From Camelus dromedarius (taxonomy: Eukaryota), in contig NC_087437.1 in assembly GCF_036321535.1 (NCBI RefSeq), forward strand, positions 90,646,001 through 90,710,000: 64,000 bases of DNA. The letters are read 5' to 3'. Each line of letters starts with the position of its first letter. Position 1 is the stretch's first letter. The notes below the pieces were generated by a model. That model was not told the origin of the DNA. It saw only the letters and a list, made by a program, of their open reading frames with translations, and did not search any database. The position numbers and the translations under genes are program-made. Shown here in pieces: positions 51,715 through 63,455 of this stretch.

Positions 51715-52816
51715 TTTTAATTAAAGTATAGTCAGTTTACAATGTTGTGTCAATTTCTGGTGTACAGCATTACAGTTCAGTCATACATATACATACATAC
51801 ATTCTTTTTCATTATAGGTTACTACAAGATACTGAATATAGTTCCCAGTGCTATACAGTAAAAACTTGTTGTTTATCTCTTTTATATATAGTAGTTAATA
51901 TCAGCAAATCTCCAACTCTCAATTTATTCCTTCCCACTCCCTCCCACCTTGGTAACCATAAGTTTGTTTTCTATGTCTGTGAGTCTGTTTCTGTTTTGTA
52001 AATAAGTTCATCTGTGTCTTTTTTTTTCAGATTTCACATATAAGTGGTATCATATAGTATTTTTCTTTCTCTTTCTGGCTTACTTCACTTAGAATGACAA
52101 TCTCCAGGTCCACCCATGTTGCTGCAAATGACATTATTTTATTCTTTTTTATAGCAGAGTAGTATTCCATTGTATAAATATACCTCACCTTCTTTATCCA
52201 GTCATCTGTTGATGGACATTTAGGTTGATTCCATGTCTTGGCTATTGTAAATAATGCTGCTATGAACACTGGAGTGCATGTATCTTTTTAAATTAAAGTT
52301 CCTTCTGGATATATGCCCAGCAGTGGGACTGCTGGATCATACAGTAAGTCTATTTTTAGTTTTTTGAGGAATCTTCATATTGTTTTCCATAATTGCTGCA
52401 CCAAACTACATTCCCACCAACAGTCTAGAAGGGTTCCCTTTTCTCCACACCCTCTTCAGCATTTATCATTTGTAGACTTTCTAATGATGGCCATTCTGAT
52501 TGGTGCGAGGTGATACCTCATGAAAGTTTTGATTTGCATTTCTCTGATAATTAGCGATACTAAGCATTTTTTCATGTGTCTATTGGCCATTTGTAACTCT
52601 TCATTGGAGAACTGCTTATTTAGGTCTTCTCTCCATTTTTGGTTGGGTTGTTTTATTATTAAGTTGTATGAGCTGTTTATATATTCTGGAAATTAAGCTC
52701 TTGTCAGTCTCATCTATTGCAAATATTTTCTCCCATTCCATAGGTTGTCTTTTTGTTTTGCTTATGGTCTCCTTTGCTGTGTTAAAGTTTATAAGTTTAA
52801 TCAGGTCCCATTTGTT
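51715..52816 (-). mobile_element. 5'-truncated L1 (1.1 kb), relatively young
   Basis: Minus ORF MFIAALFTIAKTWNQPKCPSTDDWIKK; perfect 11-bp TSD taaatttcttt (51704-51714, 52817-52827). Confidence 0.95.
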
Positions 52817-53028
52817 TAAATTTCTTTATACCCATTTAATTCAGTGGGAGTCTTGTCAGAGAGAGATAGCAATTAAATAATCACCAGTTGATTGTCATTC
52901 AATTCAGATGTATCGATAGTGCAATAGATCTGATAAACTTCCATTGTGATAAATATTCAAACAATTGTGTGAATTGTATCAGATTTAAATTGATTCTGGT
53001 TAGATGCTTAACTCTTTATAGTCTTCTT

Positions 53029-53902
53029 TTTAAAAACAATTTATTGACATATAGCTGATTTCCAATGTGTTAGTTTCAGGTGTACAGCAAAGTGATTCAG
53101 GTGTGTATATATTATACACATATATACACATACACATATTCTTTTTCAGATTCTTTTCCATTATAGGTTATTACAAGACATTGAATATAGTTCACTGTGC
53201 TATACTTTTGGTCCCTTTATTTATTTTATATACAGTAGTGTGTATACATTAATCCCAAACTCCTAATTCATCCCTCCCCCTGGAACCCTTTTCCCCTTCA
53301 GCAACCAGTTTATTTTCTATGTCTTTGAGTCTATTTCTGGTTTGTAAAGTTAATTTGTATCAATTTTTTTTAGATTCTAAGTATAAGGCTTTGCCTTTCT
53401 TAACTAATTTACTTCATTTAATATGATAATCTCTAGGATCATCCACGTTGCTGCAAATGACATTATTTCATTCTTTTTTATGCCTGAGTAATATTCCACT
53501 ATATATCTATATCTATATCTATATCTATATATATCTATATCTATATCTATATCTATATCTATATCTATATCTATATATATATCTCACAACTTCTTTATCC
53601 ATTCATCTGCTGATGGGCATTTAGGTTGCTTCCATGTCTTGGCTATTATAAATAGTGCTTCTATGAACTTCGGGGTGCATGTATCTTTTGAGTATGAATT
53701 TTCTTCAGATAGATGCCCAGGAGTGGGATTTCTGGATCATATGGTACGTCTATTCTTAGTTTTTTAAGGCACTTCCTTACTGTTCTCCATAGTGACTGCA
53801 CCAATTTACGTTCCTATCAACAGTGTAGGAGGGTTCCTTTTTCTCCACACTCTCTCCATCATTTATTATTTGTAGACTTTTTAATGATGACCATTCTGAT
53901 CA
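53029..53902 (-). mobile_element. 5'-truncated L1 (0.9 kb)
   Basis: L1 3' UTR and ORF2 end; 13-bp TSD ttatagtcttctt/ttatggtcctctt with 2 mismatches. Confidence 0.92.
53501..53584. repeat. (ATATCT)n hexanucleotide microsatellite
   Basis: Directly visible inside the L1. Confidence 0.9.
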
Positions 53903-54623
53903 TTATGGTCCTCTTGATTTCTTTTTCTAGAGCTGACAACTGTTTAGTTTCCAAATTAGTAGACATGTTCTGAAAATTAATTTATTTTTTAGGGGAAGAA
54001 GACAGCTCAGTTTTTGAGCTCCAGTGATAATTTTAGAAGCAAGAGCAAGATAAAATTATACTTGATTATACATTATGCATATTACTAAAAATGCATATTT
54101 CTAAATATTTATCTGTAAAAGTTGGATGTTCTAGTCATTACTATTAATAGTGAGATGATAAAATGGTATGTGGTCTTCACCCAAAATAATGGTGACACAG
54201 CACAGCTCTTTCAAAGACCCTTTTGCTTACTAAAGGGTTAGCAGTCAGTTTAGTAAATGGGGTGATTTACCAGTGATTTTTCTCATCTCATCCTCTTTGA
54301 AACCCAGAACCTACATGAGCACAGAGAAAGGTATTTTCAACTATTAAATAAGAAATAGGCAAACCTGAAGCTTGTTACAGAAGTAAAGAAGGTACACCTA
54401 ACAAGAATGGATAATTGTTAAAATATTCTTTGTTGATTTCCCCAATCACTCTCCTTGAAAGAATGTGTACATTATATCCAAAATGAGCTTAAGTCATGTA
54501 AATCAGAAGCTAATTGCTAGTACACTGTTTAATCAAAGATTTGAACTAAATAGTTTTTATTCTTCATTTAAACTTGAACTGACAAAGAGACTCACATTAT
54601 TGATAAATATAGGGAACTCACAA

Positions 54624-54850
54624 TGTGGTAGAGACAATGCTATGTCTTTACTAAATCATTACATTTTACTTCTAAAAAAACAGAGAGATCATATTTCCCA
54701 TGCTTGCATCTATGTAGAGCCATAGGACAAATTCTAATCTATAGAATATGGGCAGGAGTGCTTTGCATTTCATCTTTCATCACTCTTCAGAAGTCTGAAG
54801 GCAAAGAATGCAGTGGAGTACTCTGAGGTCCTTGTATGATAAACACCTTC
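54624..54850 (+). mobile_element. Old MLT1 (J/K-like) LTR fragment
   Basis: 'tgtggtagagac...catatttccca...agaatatgggcaggagtg...gtggagtactctgaggtcct'. Confidence 0.5.
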
Positions 54851-56472
54851 AAGCCTAACGACTAAGTCAATATATGGTTCTTCATGACTATTACAGAACC
54901 ATAGAATGTATTCCTTCCAATGTATCATTCCTTATAAGTAGTTTATATGTAATTAAGATACTTAATTAATCAAAAATAAATAAAGAAAACTCCATATGTA
55001 CTTACATAAAACATAGAACTAATATGATATGCTTATGTACACTTTATACATTCTTGAGCAACCAAAATCTTTAGGTACCCATTTGCTGTACTACAATCAT
55101 CAATGAAGGAGTATATACTATTCTTGTTATTTATTTATTACTTACTGTCAGAAGTTGTTTTAGGGATAGAATATTCAGACCCTACAACCTTTCACTTATC
55201 GAACTTGCTCAATATATTAAATGTCTGATTTTTGTTCTTTGAGTTCCACAGCCAGTCCACAGACTATAATTAGGAAGGGACAATTGGTACTCTGTCCTAG
55301 TTCACCCAAATTTAGAGAGTGCAAACATGAAAATAATAATTTTAAAGAGTTAGCACCTACTTAGCAAGAATGATTAGCTAAAATAGGAAGTTACCAGATG
55401 GCACACATGGTTAATAACATCCATCTGTGAACCACATCATGAATAACAGAGTTGACTTGAGGGCACATTTAGTGCTGCTTACACCAAATATTAAAATAAA
55501 TTGTTACACCTCTACTGAGCTATACTTTATATGGAGTGTATTGCACACTTGTTTCTTAAGCCTAATCTTAGCAGAATATACATTTTTGTTCTTGGAGGAA
55601 GGAGGAACAAAATATTCTAAGATTTGTGGGGGCAGAGAAACTATCTTTTCACAACCCCTGTTGGTCCTACTTTGAACTCTTTCCCATGATACTATTAAAT
55701 AAAGACAAATAATTTCCAATAGTTTTTACCAGGAAGAGGTACAGCTGGATGAATACAAAAATAAAAAGACAGACATAGAGAAATAGCATATATATATATA
55801 TATATCTGTAACATTTTCCAAGACAGTGTGATGAGTTAAAGCTAACTTTTAAATGCATTTTACAATATAATATAATGGATTAACATGCAATTAATCTGGT
55901 GTAAACTGGCAGGAAAATACAATTTGCGCCATTATCCAAATGCAAAAGGTTTGGAGACCATGGAATTTTAAGTTCATATACACTTCATAATAGAGATGCA
56001 TATTTATTTTTATCCTGCTGATGATCTAAGCTATATCTTCTGTTATTAGAGCTCACTTGATTATTTTCCTACCACAGAACACACTATAAGTGATGAAATG
56101 TGAAGGGTACCTAGGTGAACTGCCAGAGGCCTTCTAGAGGTTTCCAGACTATCTTGAATTTGCGGGAAAAAAAAAATCAACATAGCCTTGTTTTCAACTA
56201 CAGAGTATCACCACTACCATAACAAATGCAGGGACTGAATGTGCATGCAGGTGGGTAACTTTTAGCAGTTTAGAAGGCTTGGGCATATACTTTTAGTCAA
56301 ATTTAAGAAGCTGTAAAAGAAGCAATTAAAAAAAGCCATAAAGTACTCATCAGACTTAGATAAAATTAAAAATATTTAGTAATGCATATGTAGTAAAATA
56401 ATGTTTTATGGCAATATTTATCCTTTAGTTCTATAGTACAAGTCTATAGTACAAGGGGAAAAGTAGTCTCTC

Positions 56473-56527
56473 TTTTTTTAAAATTGAAGTCTAGTTGTTT
56501 TACAATGCTGTGTTAATTTCTGGTGTT
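56473..56527 (-). mobile_element. ~55-bp L1 3' terminal fragment
   Basis: 'aattgaagtctagttgttttacaatgctgtgttaatttctggtgt' matches the L1 tails at 51720 and 53040; TSD-like ctctc(t/c)tttt. Confidence 0.75.
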
Positions 56528-57261
56528 GTTCCTCTCCTTTTTAAAACAAATATGAGTCACTGTTCATTTGTGATTTCAAGAAGTAATTTCTATTTTTTTC
56601 TTGTAAAATATGAGATTTATATTTTAATAACAGCATGGAAGAATGTCCTGAGTTAATCTAAGGTACTTATTACACAAAAAGAAAACACTGGGTCTTAGAT
56701 AAAATAAGAGTAAATTTATCTCGGAGTGAGTAACTGAGTGTGTGTGTGTGTGTGTTTAAATTCATTATACTTCCAGTTTGGTAAAAATTATTTCCATAGC
56801 TCCCCCTGCCCCCTTTCATCTCTCTCTCTCTCTCTCTTTATTTAATTTTGCCCTATCTTTGTCGTTCCACCATAAAAGGATATATAATTTCGATATATTT
56901 ATTACAAATATTTGGTGGCATATATGCTGTTGCAACTTCAGCATAGGTGGGTGGAAATGCACCAAAATGTCTTCATATGTCTTCAAAAGATATTTGTAAT
57001 TGTCCCATTTGGTAAGGCTAGAAAATCATAGAGGAGCAACACTAAGAGGGGTTTAGATCTGATTGTCTTTATAGGCAGACAGGGGTACTTTATTTCCTAA
57101 AACATTAAGAGAGAGGAGAAAGCGAAAGCAAGAAAGCAAGCCAAAGTATACATTTAATCTGAAACAAACTCTTTAATGGACATTATAGTCAAATGAACAT
57201 CATAGTCAAATTTAAGGTAGAAGGGAGGATAAAATGTTTCTTTTATTCTGTAACTTATTTT

Positions 57262-57512
57262 ACTAGTTAGGATGATATAGGCTAAAAACAATCCCAACAT
57301 CTCAGTCACTTAGTACAACAAAAGTGTATCTCTCACTTCTGTATGGCTTGCTGTTGGTCTTGTTGACTTTGCAGGGCACTGCATTCAAAGCATGCTTTCA
57401 TGATGACTAAGAAAGAAAAAGAGAAAACTGTGGAATTAAGCACCAGCTTTGAAACATTTACTCTGAAATAATACACACGACTTTGTTCCTTATACAAATT
57501 GCACCAAAAGCT
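57262..57512 (-). mobile_element. Old MLT1 LTR fragment
   Basis: 'aacaatcccaacatctcagtcacttagtacaacaaaagtgtatctctcac' is an antisense MLT1J/K-type end. Confidence 0.6.
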
Positions 57513-57570
57513 TCTCTTATTAAAGTAATAATTAAAAAAAATTCCTTTGCAGAAGCCTAAACCTAACCTC

Positions 57571-57944
57571 TGTGTGTGTATGTATGTGTATATATATATA
57601 TAAACACACATATACATATGTGTGGATGTGTGTGTGTGTATACAATATCACATTTTTGTTTCAAGGCTGTTGCCATGGAGCAGTAAGAGGGAGCAGGAAA
57701 GGCATGTGGACCATATATTCCAAGGACAGGGGAGAGAGTGTTGAGCCTCCAATTACCTGGGTTCAGCTTGCAGGTCAATTGGTGGTCATACCTTTATGTT
57801 GGCCTACTCCAACAGTGTTTACATATATACATATACACACACAAATATAAACTATTGTATATATATGGATATATAACCTCTGTGTGTGTATATATACAAA
57901 TTATATACATTACATATAAATTATATATTCTTTTATATATATGT

Positions 57945-57988
<44 letters not shown>
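57571..57988. repeat. TG/TA/CA microsatellite cluster surrounding a unique ~180-bp core
   Basis: Directly visible; (CA)n at ~57948-57980. Confidence 0.85.
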
Positions 57989-58719
57989 ATTTTCCATGTA
58001 GATTTATTTATCTCTGAATTGGAATTAAAAATGTTTTCTACTGTTTCTGTACTGATAGGAGCAGGGGAACTACAGAATATATTCTTAAACATGTAATCTT
58101 TCAGTGTAATGGAAATGTAATCTATAATTATTTTCATCACTTTCTTCCATATGTCAACCTATGATAATCTCACTCCTGCTTCCTAGTGATACAAGACCTC
58201 ATCCCATTGTTTTTTTCTCCCCATTGATTGGTCTTCTCTGACATTTGATACATTTGAACATGATTTCTTCCCAAATCTTCCTCTTCTCTTGATTTCTTTG
58301 ACCCTGGCATTTCTGTTTTTAATTCTTTCTCCACACTTCCCTTCCCTGATTACGCTGCTACTTAGGATTTGCTCTACCGCAGAATTACACTAAATCTCAT
58401 TCTTTTCTCATTGATCATACCTTCCCTCAATATTATTTGTCCAAAGCTCTTTTGAATTGTGGGATTTAGGGAAACCAGTACCCAACTATGGCTACAATGG
58501 GGACTTCAGGTCTGGAAGGAGTTGGGATGATGCTTATCTGAAGAAAAAGGGAAGGAGAATATTGATCCCAGGAAATGCCATTGGTATGAGAAACCAAAGT
58601 CCAAAAACTAAGGCCAATTGGTCATGCAGAGAAATATTCAATGGATCATAAGCAACATGCAGGTCTGGTAAGATTGAATTTCAGGTATAAACAAAGGGTT
58701 TGTAGAATCAGATGATGAT

Positions 58720-59270
58720 AATTATAACAGTAGCTAATGTTTATTTAGAGCTTATTCTATTAGGGACACTTACAAGCAATTTACACATTCAGGTTCACAG
58801 TTGATTCCTCTGAAACCTTTTGGACCAACTTGTTTTGTGTTTTAGCTTATTTCAAATTTTAGAAAGCTAGCATACTATATTAATGGCAGTACTTCCAAAT
58901 CAAACATGAGTGTCCCCACTATGTGTGATACAAAAGGATTATACATAGCTTCTCTACAGGTAAGGTCAAATTTTGCCATCAAATGACGTGACAATAAAGT
59001 TTCAGAGAATAAACAAATAAAAACAAAACTTTCAGTTTTCAGAACTCTGTGGATTTCAGAATTGTAGAAAAGATATCTGTGTCTAAAAAAACCTCACTCA
59101 ACCACATTAACATTATTAAATCACTATTATTATTCACATTTACAGACTGTAAAACTGGAATGTAAGAAACTAATCCAATAATACATAAGCAGTATATGAC
59201 AAAGCAAGTGTTTGAACCCAAGTCTCTTTGCAGTCCATTCATTTCATTATCCCCTGACTGTAGTGCCTCG
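58720..59270 (-). mobile_element. MIR split by a Tigger-like transposon
   Basis: MIR tail 'tagctaatgtttatttagagcttattcta' at the left; core 'attttacagactgtaaaactg...tttgaacccaagtct' at the right. Confidence 0.65.
58789..59085. mobile_element. Ancient TcMar-Tigger-type non-autonomous DNA transposon
   Basis: 'caggttcacag...gaaaccttttggacc' and 'ttttcagaactctgtggatttcagaattgtagaaaagatatctgtg' are degraded TIR-like ends. Confidence 0.5.
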
Positions 59271-59682
59271 GTGAGGATATTCTGAGAAACACGAGCACTT
59301 TTTGAGGCAAATCTCAGTAAATTATATTGAAAAAACCTCTTATTGCACACATTTCAACAATATTTATATACCTATGACTTCCAAATCCATCTCTAGAACT
59401 TGTGTCTCTCTGGATGTCTCCAGACCCATACTGCTAACTACCTAGGTCTATATCTGCCTGCATTACCTTTCAGGCTCCTGTAAGCCTGTATGTTTAAAAT
59501 TCTACTGGGACTTTTGCTGCCAGTTGAGGACATCCTTCTTTTGCCTGTATCTTACTTAACATATTTTCCATTTTTAAATCTAAGATTTCCTTTTGATTGG
59601 TCCTTCTAATAAAGATCTTTATTGTTTCTTGCTTGGGTTATTTCAGTTAAGAGTGTATCTGCTTCAAGTCTTTCTCTCTTTA

Positions 59683-60752
59683 AGGAGTGTACTGCTGGGA
59701 AGCATTGGACATCTCCCACAGAAGGCCACCTCTTCAAGGTCAAGAAATGTTAACTAAATTACCTAAAAATAAAAATAGAAAGACAGACCATATGAGGTGG
59801 CAAAGGAATATCTCCCAGGCCAAGGCACAAGATAAATTCCCAGAAGAGGAAATAAGTGATGAGGAGATAGGCAATTTATCTGAGAAAGAGTTCAAAGTAA
59901 TGATGGCGAAGATGTTCAGAGAACTCAAGAGGAGTACAGATGTACAGAGTGAAGTTTTTAGCAAAGTATTGGAAAATATAAAGAATAGCCAAACAGAGTT
60001 CAAGAATAATACCACTGAAATGATTAACACACTAGAAGGAACCAAGAATAGACTAAATGAGGCAGAAGAACAGATCAGTGAGCTGTAAGACAAGTTAATG
60101 GAAATCACTACTGCAGAACAGAAAAAAGAAAAAAGAATGAAAAGAAATGAGGATAACTTAAGAGAACTCCAGGACAACATGACTGCACTAATATTCACAT
60201 TATAGGGGTCCCAGAAAGAGAAGAGAGAGAGAAAGGACCTGAGAAAATTTTTGGAGAGATAATCACTGAAAACTTCCTCATCTTGGGAGAGGAAACAGTC
60301 ACCCAAGTCCGGGAAGCATAGAGAGTACCATAAAGGATCAACCCAAAGAGGAACACACTGAGTCACATAGTCATCAAGTTGAGAAAAATTAAGGATAAGG
60401 AGAAAATATTAAAATTATCAAGAGAAAAGCAACAAATAACATACAAGGGAAATCCCATAAGGTTATCAGCTAATTTTTCAGCAGAAACTCTACAGGCCAG
60501 GAGGGAGTGGCATGACATTTTTAAAGTGATGAAAGGGGAAAACTTACAACCAAGAGTAGTCTATCCAGCAAGGCTCTTGTTCATATTTGAAGGAGAAATA
60601 AAAAGCTTCACAGATAAACAAAAGCTAAAAGATTTCAGCACCACCAAACCAGCTTTACAACAAATGTTAAAGGATCTTCTGTAGTCATCAAACCATAAGA
60701 AAAGAGAACAAAAGAAGAAAGAGAGAGAAAAAAAAGAAAAAGACCTAAAAAA
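59683..60752 (+). mobile_element. L1 fragment: end of 5' UTR, ORF1 and shortened spacer
   Basis: Homologous to 42237-43630 (reverse strand); ends in an A-rich spacer tract. Confidence 0.92.
59792..60684 (+). pseudogene. L1 ORF1 remnant, full span but interrupted
   Basis: MRWQRNISQAK...EAEEQISEL* (stop 60086-60088); C-terminal KGNPIRLSANFSAETLQARREWHDIFKV...LQQMLKDLL*. Confidence 0.9.
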
Positions 60753-61025
60753 GATTGCTTTGGCCATTTGGCGTCTTTTGTTGTTCCTTATAAATTTTGG
60801 AATTGTTTGTTCTAGTTCTGTGAGGAATGTCATGAGTATATTGAATGGGGTTGCATTGGATCTGTGGATTGCTTTGGGTAGTGTGGCCATTTTGATAGTG
60901 TTGATTCTTCTAATCCAAGAGCACAAGAAATCTTTCCATTTCTTTATGTCATTTCGGTTTTTGGAGTATAGGTAACCTCCTTAGTTAAGTTTATTTCTAG
61001 GGACTTTGTTGTTTTTGATGCAATG
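60753..61025 (-). mobile_element. Short L1 ORF2 fragment
   Basis: Minus ORF CSWIRRINTIKMATLPKAIHRSNATP...KAI. Confidence 0.9.
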
Positions 61026-61087
61026 GAGATGTTTATACCAGTTATAAAATTCTGGTTTTTCAAGTGAAAAAAAAAGGGAATGAAGGG

Positions 61088-61290
61088 CCACAAATGGCAA
61101 AATATCCTTCTTTCTTATGGGTGAGTTGTATTCCATTAGATCTATATATCTATATATCTATATATATTTGTATCTATATCTGCTGCATCTTTATCTATTC
61201 AACTATTGATGTGCACTTAGGATGCTTCTATATCTTGGCAATTATAAATAATGTTGCTGTTAATAGCTGGGTATATGTATCTTTTTGAAT
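61088..61290 (-). mobile_element. L1 ORF2-end/3' UTR fragment
   Basis: 'cacaaatggcaaaatatccttc...gtattccatt...gcacttaggatgcttctatatcttggcaattataaataatg'. Confidence 0.8.
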
Positions 61291-61419
61291 TAATTCTTAT
61301 CTTGTGGTTGGCTTTATTCCTTTGATAACTATGTAAGTTTAAAAAGCCAAAGCTCTAATTATGTTAGAAACAATGAACAGTACATATATTTAAATTTTAA
61401 AAATGTGCAGTTAAAAAAA

Positions 61420-61943
61420 AAAGAAATGAGTTATCAAGCCATGAAAGATATGGAAGAAACTTAAAAGACATATTACTAAGTGAAAGAAGCCAGTTTGAAA
61501 AGGTTACAAACTATATGATTCCAATCAAATGACATTCTGGGAAAGGCAAAGCTACAGAAACAATAAAAAAATTGTAGTTTCCAGAGGTTTGGGGAAAGGG
61601 AGGGAGGGAGGAATGAATAGATGAAGCACATGGGATTTTTAGAGCAATGAAATTATTCTGTATGATACTATAGTGGTGGCTACATGTCATTATGCATTTG
61701 TCAAGACCCACATAATGTACAATATCAAGAGTGAACCCTAATGTAAACTATGAACTTTGGTTGATAATAATGTGTCCAGGTTGGTTCATCGATTGTACCA
61801 AATATGCCACACTGATGAGGGATGTTGAGGGTAGGGGAGAATATATGTGTGGATGGGGAGGGCTACGTGCAAACTCTCTGTATTTTCTGCTCAATTCTGC
61901 TGTGAACCTGAAATTGCTCTAAAAAAAAGTCTGTTAATAAAAA
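61420..61943 (+). mobile_element. L1MC-type 3' end
   Basis: 'tatcaagccatgaaagatatggaagaaacttaa...gtgaaccctaatgtaaactatg...ctgtgaacctgaaattgctctaaaaa'. Confidence 0.9.
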
Positions 61944-62079
61944 AGTCTTTCACTCTTTAATTGTTACAAAGATTATGTTTAAAACTATTTATACCATTTC
62001 TGTACAATAATTATATATCAATTCATTAACATGCCATAAAATGGGCTTTCTAGATCTGATTCATTTTACCATTCTATTT

Positions 62080-62490
62080 ATACCTAATACTATTCCCACA
62101 ATTTCCTATATAATCCAGTCATATTGAGCTTCCAATTAGTTTTTGTTGCCTGTGCTCTTTTGTGCCCAGGCATGTTAACATTATAGTCCTTACTGTCTAT
62201 ATTTTCTCTCCCTTTGTTCTTTCTGATAAGCCCATTTCTCAAAACCCAGATCATACATTACTTCCCATGTAGCCTCATATATTACTGAGACAGAGATAAC
62301 TGTTCTCACTTTTAGGCTCATATGGCACTTTATTCAATGTTTGAGACAATAATTATCACGGCATTTTATTTATTCAAGTGTCCTTGTCACTCACTAATTT
62401 GAGTTTCTAGATGACAATAAAAAAGCCCTTCAAAATCTTTACTCATAGAGTGTTAAATATATCGTGCATGTTTGCTAAATAGATGGATTC
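62080..62490 (+). mobile_element. Degraded L2 3' region
   Basis: Pyrimidine-rich L2-like blocks ('ttctcaaaacccagatcatacattacttccc') ending 'tgtttgctaaatagatggat'. Confidence 0.45.
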
Positions 62491-63398
62491 AAATTCTAAT
62501 TTAGGCTATTGTGAATGATATCAATAATAAGCCACAATCTACTCTTAATTATTTCTGATCATTAAAAAAAATAAAGAAAAATAAAAAAGCAAGAGTTAAC
62601 CCCAATAGATTTTGGATCACTGTGACTTTTAGACAACTATTAGAAAACTCTTAGAAATTCATAGGAAAATGATCCTCTGTGCCTGTCTGCTCCTATTCTG
62701 TTTTCTATTTTTATCAACGTGAAAACTATCTAGATATGAGGGTAATGGACAGTTCAACATGGAATTATCTAGAGTTACAGTGTGTTGCATAAAATATTTT
62801 TTTTTAATTTGTGAAACTGAAAGTGGTAGATTTGCTATTAATAATCTAAAGCAGGGCATTTTAATGCTTTGTGGGTAAAAAAGTGGCCATACTTTGAATT
62901 TATGTTAATTAGCTTCATGAGAATTTAAGATGCATAAGATAAGATGAGGCAGTCTACTTTTGCTTATCACACCATGAAGAAAGTGATGCTTCTTTACTAT
63001 TTCTGGATCATTCGATCATTTTCAACTTCTATTATTATGTTAAAATGAAAACCATCAGCATAGGCTTAAAGAACATAACTACTAAAATACAGAAGGTATT
63101 AAAGAAAATGAAGTAGAACAACATTAAATATTTAATTTTATTGATTAATATTTCAATTGGGGAGGGTTACTTATAATTAAAAAGTATTCAAAACTTGAAG
63201 TTTTACCCTGGAAATTGGGTTATTCTGTTATATAAGAAAGAATGACATTAAATTTTAAGGAGATTAATGTATTAATGTATATGACATAAAGTTTATTACA
63301 TAATAACTTTTTATTAAAAATAAAAATTTTTCTAAAATTAAATGGTGGAGCATATAGAATCACAATTTACTACATGTCTTGAAAGATAAAAACATATC

Positions 63399-63453
63399 TG
63401 TGTTAATCCAGGTTCTGTTAGAAGCTGACACCAGGATGGAATTAAATGTGCAA
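63399..63453 (-). mobile_element. ERVL LTR terminus interrupted by L1
   Basis: 'tgtgttaatccaggttctgttagaagctgacaccaggatggaattaaatgtgcaa' resembles an antisense ERVL LTR end. Confidence 0.5.
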
Positions 63454-63455
63454 TC

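Noticed and set aside
52925..52986. Imperfect hairpin closed by atctgata/tatcagat
   Set aside because: Only 8 bp are perfect and the interior has many bulges; expected by chance in AT-rich DNA
59740..60366. Longest ORF in the window (208 aa, minus strand, hydrophobic)
   Set aside because: It is the antisense shadow of A-rich L1 ORF1; the Leu/Phe/Ser bias is compositional
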